The notes below the pieces were generated by a model, which did no database searches, was not told where the DNA came from, and saw only the letters and a list, made by a program, of their open reading frames with translations. A DNA stretch of 63,845 bases, the filler included, from Lama guanicoe (lineage: Eukaryota): NCBI GenBank assembly GCA_013239625.1. It is 159 parts of 159 records of this genome, joined end to end, with 100 filler letters (N's around TTAATTAATTAA, not from the genome) between each part and the next. Parts side by side here need not be neighbours in the genome. Positions count along the whole stretch, not along the records: positions 24,099 to 24,400 come from PNXV01054593.1; positions 24,501 to 24,798 come from PNXV01054594.1; positions 24,899 to 25,200 come from PNXV01054595.1; positions 25,301 to 25,602 come from PNXV01054596.1; positions 25,703 to 26,004 come from PNXV01054597.1; positions 26,105 to 26,406 come from PNXV01054598.1; positions 26,507 to 26,808 come from PNXV01054599.1; positions 26,909 to 27,210 come from PNXV01054600.1; 151 more parts are not named here. One strand, 5' to 3'. The stretch's first letter is position 1, and each line of letters begins with the position of its first letter. A program made the position numbers and the translations under genes. Shown here in pieces: positions 24,099 to 34,845 of the stretch.

Positions 24099-24217
24099 GA
24101 TGGGGTCCAGAGCTTGGAACGTTAACTCCTTTAGACATGCTGGTGTAATAAACCTGAGTTCTCCGACTCTCCCTATGTTGCTTGGTCGCTTGCTCAGATC
24201 CAGGTTGCTGTCACAAC
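24099..24217 (+). mobile_element. Probable ERV LTR 3' part
   Basis: aataaacctgagttctcc...gatccaggttgctgtcacaaca: polyA signal and a CA terminus. Confidence 0.4.
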
Positions 24218-24500
24218 AGAGATGTAACACGGAGCTGTAACACATTTTTCTGCAACAATTTAACTTGTTTACTTTATATACCAGTACCTATTATATGCTG
24301 TTCTCAATGCTCAAGACACAGCAGTGTACAAGGGCAGCAGAATCCCCTGCCAATATATAGAAGTTAAATTTAAGCAGGGAGGATGTCTAATAAAAAAAAA
24401 NNNNNNNNNNNNNNNNNNNNNNNNNNNNNNNNNNNNNNNNNNNNTTAATTAATTAANNNNNNNNNNNNNNNNNNNNNNNNNNNNNNNNNNNNNNNNNNNN

Positions 24501-24798
24501 AACATGGGTATTCCTGGAGAATGTCATTCTAAGTGAAGTAAGCCAGAAAGATTAAGAAAAATACATATGAGATCGCTCATATGTGGAATCTAAAAAAGAA
24601 AAAGAACATAAATACAAAACAGTAACAGACTTGCAGACATAGAATACAAACTTGTGGTTGCCAAGGCAGAAGAGGGTGGGAAGGCAAAGACTAGGAGTTC
24701 AAAATTTGTAGATACTGACAGGCATATGGTGAATAGATTAACAAGATTATACTGTATAGCACAGGGGAATACATTCAAGATATTGTGGTAGCTCACAG
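24501..24798 (+). mobile_element. L1 ORF2 end / 3' UTR (camelid-type)
   Basis: gtcattctaagtgaagtaagccagaaag...atatgtggaatcta...tactgtatagcacaggg. Confidence 0.88.
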
Positions 24799-25300
24799 NN
24801 NNNNNNNNNNNNNNNNNNNNNNNNNNNNNNNNNNNNNNNNNNTTAATTAATTAANNNNNNNNNNNNNNNNNNNNNNNNNNNNNNNNNNNNNNNNNNNNTT
24901 TTTTTTTTTGGTCTAGTTCTGATCTCTCCCTTAATCTCCAAATGCATGGGGTATCCAATGACCAAACGTGGCAGACATCAGCTAGTTTACTCTGCCTGTT
25001 TGATTTTTGTAGTGACTTTTCTGAAATGGATGCTTTCCAATTGGCATTAACATGCACTACAAAGATATTCACACATTGTGACCACATACCTAGGTCTATG
25101 CATCTGCCTCTTCCTCAGACTTACTTCTTGATCTTCTGATCCTTCCCCTTCCAGTTTCCTGGCTCCAAACAACCAATATGCCACTGCATACATATAGATG
25201 NNNNNNNNNNNNNNNNNNNNNNNNNNNNNNNNNNNNNNNNNNNNTTAATTAATTAANNNNNNNNNNNNNNNNNNNNNNNNNNNNNNNNNNNNNNNNNNNN

Positions 25301-25552
25301 GGGGTGGGAGTGGAACAAGGGAAGGGGATTAAGAAAAACATTCCTTCAGCTGAAAACAGACAACCCATGGGAATGTAATATATTGCATAAAGAAAATGCT
25401 CAGTAATATTGGAACAATTCTGATGGGGACAGATGGTTACTAAACTTACCATGGTAATCATTTCATAATGTATGCAAATATCAAATCACTATCTAGTACA
25501 CCTAAAATTAACAAAATATTATAAGCCATCTATATTTCAATGGAAAAAAAAA
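25301..25552 (+). mobile_element. L1 3' end
   Basis: acagatggttactaaacttaccatggtaatcatttcataatgtatgcaaatatcaaatcactatctagtacacctaaaa. Confidence 0.8.
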
Positions 25553-28194
25553 CAGTTGATGGACATCAGTCTGTTTCCAGGTTTTGGCCATTGTAAATAA
25601 AANNNNNNNNNNNNNNNNNNNNNNNNNNNNNNNNNNNNNNNNNNNNTTAATTAATTAANNNNNNNNNNNNNNNNNNNNNNNNNNNNNNNNNNNNNNNNNN
25701 NNAATCTTCTATTTGGTCATAACCAAATTCTGTTTGTTCTTTCATGTCAAGATTGGAGGCATTTCTCTAAAAAATTACTCTTAGCATTTGACTTCCTTCC
25801 TCAAGAACCCATAGCAGTTGGCTCCCCTTTGCCTATTGCCTATAATACACATTTGCCTTCTCACCAGGCCTTCCAGAAAATGAGCAAATGAAATGTGTTC
25901 TGGGTTGACTGTTAAGAGCACAGGTTTTGGTGTCCTCCTGACCTTGCTTCAAATCCTAGCATCACCACTTAATTACAGGCTCTGTGGTGTGGCCATTTAA
26001 GCCTNNNNNNNNNNNNNNNNNNNNNNNNNNNNNNNNNNNNNNNNNNNNTTAATTAATTAANNNNNNNNNNNNNNNNNNNNNNNNNNNNNNNNNNNNNNNN
26101 NNNNAGTTCATTACACGCTTTCTTTGGCATTTTGATGAATTAAAGAAAAGACAAGAACAAAGTTTCTCATCCAGGCAAATGGATCCAAATTATTAGAATA
26201 TGCAAGTTGAACATACAACCTCATTAAACACAGTAAAGGCAACATATAACAGCCGAATACTAACGCTAAGGAAAAAATCTTCACTGGGTCCTGGAGAGAG
26301 GGCTGAACTGTGATTTTTGAGGCTCAATGAACTGATGGGCTATAATTCACATAACTTCTCTAGGTTTCTGTTTTTTCATCTGTAAAATGAATAATTTAGG
26401 CTGGAANNNNNNNNNNNNNNNNNNNNNNNNNNNNNNNNNNNNNNNNNNNNTTAATTAATTAANNNNNNNNNNNNNNNNNNNNNNNNNNNNNNNNNNNNNN
26501 NNNNNNGGCTTCTTCAAGGTGATAGAAACTCCTTTATCCAAGCCCAGCCGGTAGCACTCTGAATGCTTTATTCACTTTGTGTTATTTCACGTAATGTTAC
26601 TTTATTTTGAACACCTGAGCAAAGGTTTACATATTCTTTTTCTAATTCAAATAACATCCACCTTATTTAGCACTTGAAGGACTTCCTGTGGCTTTACGTG
26701 GGCAGCGTTTCCTTCTGGGGACCTTCCTTTTCTGCCTCCATCCTTTCTTGGCTCCAGTCTCTCCAGCATCCTCTCGGCGCAGCGCCTGTCCCCAAGCAGC
26801 GGACACACNNNNNNNNNNNNNNNNNNNNNNNNNNNNNNNNNNNNNNNNNNNNTTAATTAATTAANNNNNNNNNNNNNNNNNNNNNNNNNNNNNNNNNNNN
26901 NNNNNNNNCAACCAAAAGCAGGTAGAAACTAGAAGGACATCTACTCTAGAAAAACAGGAATTGCGCCCGCTGCATTGAGGAATTTGTAGCTTCTTGCTGG
27001 AGGACAATCCCCAATCTGCACAGCAGCTCAGGGCAGCAGAATGCCAAAGCCTTACTGCTCTGACGCACCAGAGGCCAGAGCTCAGGATCTGGAGAGCAAA
27101 GAGGAAACTACAGAAAAGAGCTTGGAAGGGAAGAGCCATGTACGGTACGAGTCCTAAAATAATGCAACCAATATTGCCCTGAAATCCACCTGATCACTAA
27201 ACTAATACTCNNNNNNNNNNNNNNNNNNNNNNNNNNNNNNNNNNNNNNNNNNNNTTAATTAATTAANNNNNNNNNNNNNNNNNNNNNNNNNNNNNNNNNN
27301 NNNNNNNNNNACTGACTTTAGCAGAGCTTGGGGCAGAAGACTTCTGATTAAATTACAAATTTCAGAAACTAATTCAAGTTACTAGTGGCAGGCACTGTTC
27401 ATGGAATCACTGAAGGCATTCCCACTCCACACTTCTCCCTCCGCCTGCCTCCCCCACCCCACCCCACAAATGCACATACATTCATATGCTCTAATGCAAC
27501 AGACACAGAATTTTGTTCAGGAACTTGGTGGAGCACTTTGGTCTTGGGAAGTTCATTCTAGCCATGGTCTGGGGTGGAAAGGTGGGCATGAAAGTAGTTC
27601 TAGTTAATGAACNNNNNNNNNNNNNNNNNNNNNNNNNNNNNNNNNNNNNNNNNNNNTTAATTAATTAANNNNNNNNNNNNNNNNNNNNNNNNNNNNNNNN
27701 NNNNNNNNNNNNCTGGTCTAGGAGTAGTAATGGTGATAACATGTATCGAAAATCCCTCTTTTTTCCAGTATAAGTCATAAAAGTTGTAAGCATTCTGCAT
27801 TAAAATACATATATATGCTAAACAGATTAGAATTAATTTGTATATTGCAAATATTCTAAATTATGTTAAATTGTTTTATTTCAAATATCAAAGCATGCTA
27901 CAAAGGTTTTTATTTCATTGCTAAAAAAAAAGAACAAACTTACATTTTTGCAGGTAGGAAAAATTAATTAAATTTCCCCTTCTTGATGATGGAAGCCAAT
28001 AACCTCTAATTTAANNNNNNNNNNNNNNNNNNNNNNNNNNNNNNNNNNNNNNNNNNNNTTAATTAATTAANNNNNNNNNNNNNNNNNNNNNNNNNNNNNN
28101 NNNNNNNNNNNNNNGTGCAATAGCTGGCCCTGTTACAAAATTAATTTGTAAAAGAAGCCTAGAGCTTGACAAGTGTTTGTCAGCTGTTAGGTTC

Positions 28195-28416
28195 AAAAAG
28201 AACAAACTATGCCCAAAGTTAGCAGAAGGAAGGAAATAATAAAGATCAGAGAGCAAATAAATGAACAAAGATCAGAAACACAGTAGAAAAGAACAAAATA
28301 AGAGCTGTTTTGTTTTTTAAAAAAAGATAAAATTAGCAATACTTTAGCTAGAATAACTACGAGAAAGAGAGAGAAGACTCAAATGAATAAAATCAGAAAT
28401 GAAGGAGAGACATTAC
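28195..28416 (+). mobile_element. L1 ORF2 fragment
   Basis: cccaaagttagcagaaggaaggaaataataaagatcagag...aaaatcagaaatgaaggagagacattac. Confidence 0.85.
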
Positions 28417-28516
28417 NNNNNNNNNNNNNNNNNNNNNNNNNNNNNNNNNNNNNNNNNNNNTTAATTAATTAANNNNNNNNNNNNNNNNNNNNNNNNNNNN
28501 NNNNNNNNNNNNNNNN

Positions 28517-28818
28517 TCATCTATGGCTCATTCACTCACACATCTGGTGGTTGATACTGGCAGCCGGCTGGGACTTTGATTGGATCTGTTGGCACGAGAC
28601 CTATATGTGGCCTGGGTTTTCTTACAACACAGTGCCTGTTTCCAGGGGAAGGATTCCAAAAGAGAGCCAGACAGAGGCTCCATCGTATTTTTTAACGTAG
28701 CCTTGGAAGATATATAGTATCACTTCTGCCACATTTTATTTATCACAACCAAGTCATAGTAGCCAGACCGACTTAAGGGACAGGAGTTAGTCTCCACTTT
28801 TGGGGAAGTCATGTCAAA
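28517..28818. mobile_element. Old MLT1 (F/H-like) LTR fragment
   Basis: tggctcattcactcacacatctggtggttgat...atcacttctgccacattttatt. Confidence 0.65.
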
Positions 28819-30121
28819 NNNNNNNNNNNNNNNNNNNNNNNNNNNNNNNNNNNNNNNNNNNNTTAATTAATTAANNNNNNNNNNNNNNNNNNNNNNNNNN
28901 NNNNNNNNNNNNNNNNNNCCTGGGTTCTAATAGAATCCCTTAGCTTGTCTTCCCTGAGTGTACCCTTAGTCCGGACAGCAAGGGAAAGCTGGGGGTTGGG
29001 CTTGGAGGCCATGTAGCAGCTAGTGTCCCCCGAAGGACTGATTAAGTACTTAGAGAACTTCTCCCTATCGGGGAACACCTGTGCCTCCATTCATGGGCGT
29101 GGACTTTGGCTCCACACCCCGCCACACAAGGCGGGGTTGCAGAATCCTGAGTGTGGGGAAATTCCTCCAACTGACATCAGCGCCTGTGTTTTAATACAAT
29201 CCCTTAGCATTTCTTCCCNNNNNNNNNNNNNNNNNNNNNNNNNNNNNNNNNNNNNNNNNNNNTTAATTAATTAANNNNNNNNNNNNNNNNNNNNNNNNNN
29301 NNNNNNNNNNNNNNNNNNAATAAGCTCTTGTGAAGATATTTACCTACAGGTAAAGAGAAGGAGTGTTACTGAATGGAGTTTACAACGTCAAACATACTGT
29401 TTCCTTTTGTTTCTTACTGATGAGCTGTAAGATTTCTTGGTGGTCTTTTCCTGTAAAAGTGAGGTTTTGCAGTGTAAACTTCTTAAGTGCAGCAGCTACA
29501 TTGGTTATTTACCTACCTCCTATTTCTTACTTTATTTATCATGTTATGTATTATTTCGTGTCTAATGAGTATATTTTAGTTGCTTTGGGGTGAGTTCATT
29601 CAAGTTGTATCATAGGGCAGNNNNNNNNNNNNNNNNNNNNNNNNNNNNNNNNNNNNNNNNNNNNTTAATTAATTAANNNNNNNNNNNNNNNNNNNNNNNN
29701 NNNNNNNNNNNNNNNNNNNNCCTAAGGGAAATTTGGGCACAATTTTATAAATACAGTACCTTCCCCCTCTCTCCAACAGTAGGAAGAACAGAGATCACAT
29801 GGAACATTCGGAAATGAATTTGTGATCTGATGTTCAGAATTCAAAATATCAGAATCAGGAAACTACACAAAACCAATAATGTGGTACTTTTTAATATAAT
29901 AGAGTTCATCTGAATTTCTGTATTTCTTCATTTCCTACTCAACAGTCTGTATGTTCAGGTCTCTCTTTTGTACTCATAAATCAACTGAAGTTAGCCTCAC
30001 AAAATCACCATTGACCTACATGNNNNNNNNNNNNNNNNNNNNNNNNNNNNNNNNNNNNNNNNNNNNTTAATTAATTAANNNNNNNNNNNNNNNNNNNNNN
30101 NNNNNNNNNNNNNNNNNNNNN

Positions 30122-30424
30122 NGTTCGGGCGCTGGGAGGAGGAGGAGCCCCCAGGACACGTGGTTTTGAAGGCCAGCGGGGCTTGGCCCCGGGAGCCCCA
30201 CGGGACTGGGGGAAACAGAGACAAGATTCTGTGTGCGCTTCCCTCACTCTTGGGAAGCGCACACAGAATCTTGTGAGCGCCAGGTCCAAGGGCAGACGCA
30301 GTGACTTCACAGGAACCTGGGCCAGGCCTGCCTGCTGGTTTTGGAAATTCTCCTGGGGACACAGGGGACGGCTGCGGCTCACCCAGGGGACGTAAAAGCT
30401 GGTGGCGGACATTCCAGGAGTGTT
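30122..30424 (+). mobile_element. L1 5' UTR-like fragment
   Basis: ccaagggcagacgcagtgacttcacaggaacctgggccaggcctgcctgctggttttggaaattctcctgggga resembles a laurasiatherian L1 5' UTR. Confidence 0.55.
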
Positions 30425-30926
30425 NNNNNNNNNNNNNNNNNNNNNNNNNNNNNNNNNNNNNNNNNNNNTTAATTAATTAANNNNNNNNNNNNNNNNNNNN
30501 NNNNNNNNNNNNNNNNNNNNNNNNGACCTCTGTTTTACAGTTGAGGTCCAAGGAGCTTGAGCCTGGCCCCAGGCCGTGCCAGTGGCGGGGAGAGCGTGTG
30601 CAGGACTGGGTGAAAGGCCGTGTCCAGCTGTCCATCGGCTGTCAGGGTCAGATCCCCACCCTGCCACTTATCACTGTGACTATGGGCAAGCCATCTGTGC
30701 CCGAGCTTGCTTATCTGTGACCTGGGGTGTCATCATTCAGAGAGGAGGGGGTGAGTTCACCCAGGTAAAACACCCACATCAGGCTCATGGAGAGCTCTGA
30801 TTATTGGTGGGGGTAGGGGATGGGCANNNNNNNNNNNNNNNNNNNNNNNNNNNNNNNNNNNNNNNNNNNNTTAATTAATTAANNNNNNNNNNNNNNNNNN
30901 NNNNNNNNNNNNNNNNNNNNNNNNNN

Positions 30927-31228
30927 TTACCCAAAGGAGTTGAAAACATGTCCACACAAAAACCTGCACTCAAATATTGATAGCAGCTCTGTTTATAATT
31001 GGCAAGGCTTGGAGGCAATCAAGATGTCCTTCAGTAGGTGATGAATAAATTAAGGTACTTCCTGATGGTGCAGTATTATTAAGCCCTAAAAATGAGCTGT
31101 CAAGTCATGAAAAGGCATAAGGGAACCTTAAATGCGTATCTCTAAGTAAAAGAACCCAGTCTGAAAGGCTACATGCTGCAGAGTCTAACTATAGAATATT
31201 CTGGAAAAGGCAAAACAATGGAGACAAT
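30927..31228 (+). mobile_element. L1MB/MC-type 3' region
   Basis: acccaaaggagttgaaaacatgtccacacaaaaacctgcac...ttctggaaaaggcaaaacaatggagaca. Confidence 0.8.
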
Positions 31229-31884
31229 NNNNNNNNNNNNNNNNNNNNNNNNNNNNNNNNNNNNNNNNNNNNTTAATTAATTAANNNNNNNNNNNNNNNN
31301 NNNNNNNNNNNNNNNNNNNNNNNNNNNNACTTCAGAAGGGGAGGCTGACACAAGGCTCTAGGTTCTTATGTGCCCCCTCAACTTTCTCCATTCCCCTCAA
31401 ATCTAGCCAGGAATGAAGCAGAATTCTGGGCTTAGGTTTTATACACATTCCCCAAGAGCAGTTCTGTTGGAGCCCCCCCCCCAACCTGAGTGGGAAGGAG
31501 CACCCACACGGCAGTGTATTCCTGTGAGCACCCCGACCCTCAGGGGTCTCTACTTCCCCAAACTCTTCACTTTCACGACTCTTCAGATTTCTGTTTTCTT
31601 AGACTTAAGGGGTGGAGGTGAATGGTGGGANNNNNNNNNNNNNNNNNNNNNNNNNNNNNNNNNNNNNNNNNNNNTTAATTAATTAANNNNNNNNNNNNNN
31701 NNNNNNNNNNNNNNNNNNNNNNNNNNNNNNGGCTCGATGGTCAGAATCACGTCAGCTGCGCCATCTCTGGGTGCCCTGGGGTAAGAACAACAGTGCTGAG
31801 GGCCTTTACTCTTGAAAGGGACAGTTAAAATTTTCATTATTTCCTCATTTGGATGAGAAGTTTAAGTTGTCCCCGATCACTTAC

Positions 31885-32021
31885 CTCGCAACCCTACTGA
31901 AAATCTCTTCCTCATCAGAAGACTCATCATGTAGCTTCTGCGCCATTTTTTTCTTGCGTGTGGCACTGAGAGGTCTGTACAAGTCCCTGAGCCAGAGCGG
32001 CTGCATCCTCCAGAAGAAGTC
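31885..32021 (-). CDS. Complete internal coding exon (137 bp), gene not recognised
   Basis: ttctgttctag acceptor and GAG|gtaagt donor. Open frame DFFWRMQPLWLRDLYRPLSATRKKKMAQKLHDESSDEEEIFSRVA(R). Confidence 0.7.
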
Positions 32022-32372
32022 CTAGAACAGAANNNNNNNNNNNNNNNNNNNNNNNNNNNNNNNNNNNNNNNNNNNNTTAATTAATTAANNNNNNNNNNNN
32101 NNNNNNNNNNNNNNNNNNNNNNNNNNNNNNNNCTCAGAAAGGCCCGCCGTGGTTTCTGCACTCACCTTCTTCCCGGTGGGTGGAGGTTTCCAGCTGCTGC
32201 TAGTCTCCGGCCTCTAGTAAGCTTCTCAGCACATCCACCTCCCATGTCACCAGTTTCTTTGATTATGTACTCAGAGCAGCTTCCATTTCCTTCTGGGACC
32301 CTGGCTGATTCCATCAATGACGGAAGGAAGAGGCAAAGTCAGTGGGTGAGATAGAAAAGGAGGAAAAGGAGT

Positions 32373-32433
32373 GGGAGGGAAATTGGTCAGTGGTAGAGCA
32401 CATGCTTAGCATGCACAAGGTCCTGGGTTCAAT
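32373..32433 (+). mobile_element. Vic-1-like camelid tRNA-derived SINE, 5' part
   Basis: tcagtggtagagcacatgcttagcatgcacaaggtcctgggttcaat with Pol III A and B boxes, tRNA-Ala-like. Confidence 0.85.
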
Positions 32434-32935
32434 NNNNNNNNNNNNNNNNNNNNNNNNNNNNNNNNNNNNNNNNNNNNTTAATTAATTAANNNNNNNNNNN
32501 NNNNNNNNNNNNNNNNNNNNNNNNNNNNNNNNNCCTCACACGCCGCCCAGCAGCCCTCCAGTGGGTCGCGGTCCTGCTGGGCAAGGGGGCCTTGGACTGG
32601 AGTGGGCAGAGCCTGGCCGAGGTCCACACTTCAAGGGGCAGCATGGCCAGAGCACAGGGGTCTGCGTCCCAAACTGGGCTGTCCTTCTAGAAGCTTCCAG
32701 TACTGCCCTGCGGCTCTGGGAAGGCCTCTCCTTCGGCCCTGGCTTCCAGCAACCTCTCATGAGGGGGAGGGCAGCCGCAAGCAGCTGGCCCTCGGAACGC
32801 TCCCTCCCTCGTCAGGGCTGGTGGCAAAACCAACANNNNNNNNNNNNNNNNNNNNNNNNNNNNNNNNNNNNNNNNNNNNTTAATTAATTAANNNNNNNNN
32901 NNNNNNNNNNNNNNNNNNNNNNNNNNNNNNNNNNN

Positions 32936-33076
32936 TATATGAGATGATGGATGTTACCTGAACCTATTCTGATAATTATTTCACAATATATGTAAATCAA
33001 ACCACCATGCTGTACACCTTAAAATTATACAATGATGCATGTGAGTTTTTCTCAATAAAACTAAGGAGAAAAAAGA
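32936..33076 (+). mobile_element. L1MA-type 3' end
   Basis: gagatgatggatgtta...tttcacaatatatgtaaatcaaaccaccatgctgtacaccttaaa...ctcaataaaac. Confidence 0.75.
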
Positions 33077-33339
33077 ATAGCAACGCTTCTGAAATTTAAC
33101 CCAACTGGAAAATGAATAAGCATATCAATATAAACCTAAAATAGTCACACTGCTAGCAACATTTAATTTCAATAAATCTATTAACCGTCAAACAAAAACT
33201 TGACTAGTGAATTGTAAAAACCAAATTCAAGACTATTNNNNNNNNNNNNNNNNNNNNNNNNNNNNNNNNNNNNNNNNNNNNTTAATTAATTAANNNNNNN
33301 NNNNNNNNNNNNNNNNNNNNNNNNNNNNNNNNNNNNNAG

Positions 33340-33639
33340 GTGGAAAGAGAGGTCCTGTGCCCTCAAATAGCTTATAATTCAGGAAGGAAACAGATGGGTC
33401 CTTAAAATACAGCTTTGATGGGAGTGCACATGAAATGAGGCAGAGGCATGAAATGCAGGAAAGGAGCCCTACGTTCCTTTGGGGGAAGGAGGAAAAGCTT
33501 CGCAGAGGAGGTATTGTTTTAGCTGAGACATAAAGGATGAGGAGTTTGCCAGGCAAACAAGTGAGAAGAGGGTGTTCCAGGTGGAAGAGACAGCACAAGC
33601 GAAGGCATTGACGTAAGAAAGGACATGGCCTGCTGAGGA
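33340..33639 (-). mobile_element. LINE-2 fragment
   Basis: cagaggaggtattgttttagctgagacataaaggatgaggagtttgccaggc...gtgttccaggtggaagagacagca. Confidence 0.7.
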
Positions 33640-34543
33640 NNNNNNNNNNNNNNNNNNNNNNNNNNNNNNNNNNNNNNNNNNNNTTAATTAATTAANNNNN
33701 NNNNNNNNNNNNNNNNNNNNNNNNNNNNNNNNNNNNNNNTTCACCACCAGTGTCATTTCCTCAGAGTCCCCGTAAAACTGATGTATCGGCAAGTGTACAG
33801 TTCACTCACACTCTTTCCCAAGATGACAATGCTTCTCCTTGACAGGTGAAGAGCAGCTTGCCCAACTACGTAAACAGAAGGAAAACAAAAACCTCCTCTT
33901 GCTATTTCCCAATTGCCCAATTTCCACACTAGCCTGCATATTTCAACTGCTCAATCAAGTCTGTTTCCTTTTATTTCCTCTTAAGCCTTGGACAATGAGA
34001 CAGAAATCAGTTTTAGATAAATTCTTTGTTTTAATAAAACANNNNNNNNNNNNNNNNNNNNNNNNNNNNNNNNNNNNNNNNNNNNTTAATTAATTAANNN
34101 NNNNNNNNNNNNNNNNNNNNNNNNNNNNNNNNNNNNNNNNNGGTTTATAGTAGATAAAGACAAGAATGTAAGGAAACAAAGAAGACATATCAAGAGCCAA
34201 ATAGTTCTCATGGAGAAGCAAAGCAATAGGCACTGCTATTTTGGGTTCAACAGCAATTGTAGTGGATCAGCAGTAATTTCACTAACTCAGCAGTGGCTCT
34301 GGTAACCCAACCCATTTGTCAAGTGGACACCTAGTGCTTACTACTCTAGTGACTTCACAACCCAGCTCCTCTTACCTCTGACTTTTCTAAATCTGCTGCT
34401 ATATATAGACTTCCTCTGCTTCAACTGTTGGTTTTGTTTTTTTNNNNNNNNNNNNNNNNNNNNNNNNNNNNNNNNNNNNNNNNNNNNTTAATTAATTAAN
34501 NNNNNNNNNNNNNNNNNNNNNNNNNNNNNNNNNNNNNNNNNNN

Positions 34544-34845
34544 TTCTGTGGATTTCTTCACTCTTTTTCATTCTGGTTGTCTTTTCTGAGTGGATCATTT
34601 CAAAAGACCTCTAGTTCAGTTTGTGAATTCTGTCTTCTGCTTGATCAAACCGTCAAAGCTCTTAAAAGTGCTTTTGATGCTGTTGAAATTGCTGAGAAAG
34701 CTCTCCATTGCATTTCCATGTAATTCACGGTACTCTGCAGATCCAGAGTTTGTTTGATTCTTCTATATGATTTCTACTTCTTTTTTGAACTTCTCATTTT
34801 GTTCTTGTATCACTGTGCTGATTTCATTCTCTTGTAGCTTCCATG
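34544..34845 (-). mobile_element. L1 ORF1 coiled-coil fragment
   Basis: atttcaaaagacctctagttcag...attctgtcttctgcttgatc...aagctctccattgcattt. Confidence 0.65.

Noticed and set aside
27961..28014. ttaattaa inside a contig
   Set aside because: Only an 8-mer in AT-rich DNA without N flanks, so a chance occurrence rather than a linker.
32373..32433. tRNA-Ala gene
   Set aside because: The 5' stem is diverged and the sequence is truncated. It matches the tRNA-derived SINE whose 3' end is seen at 58561-58606.
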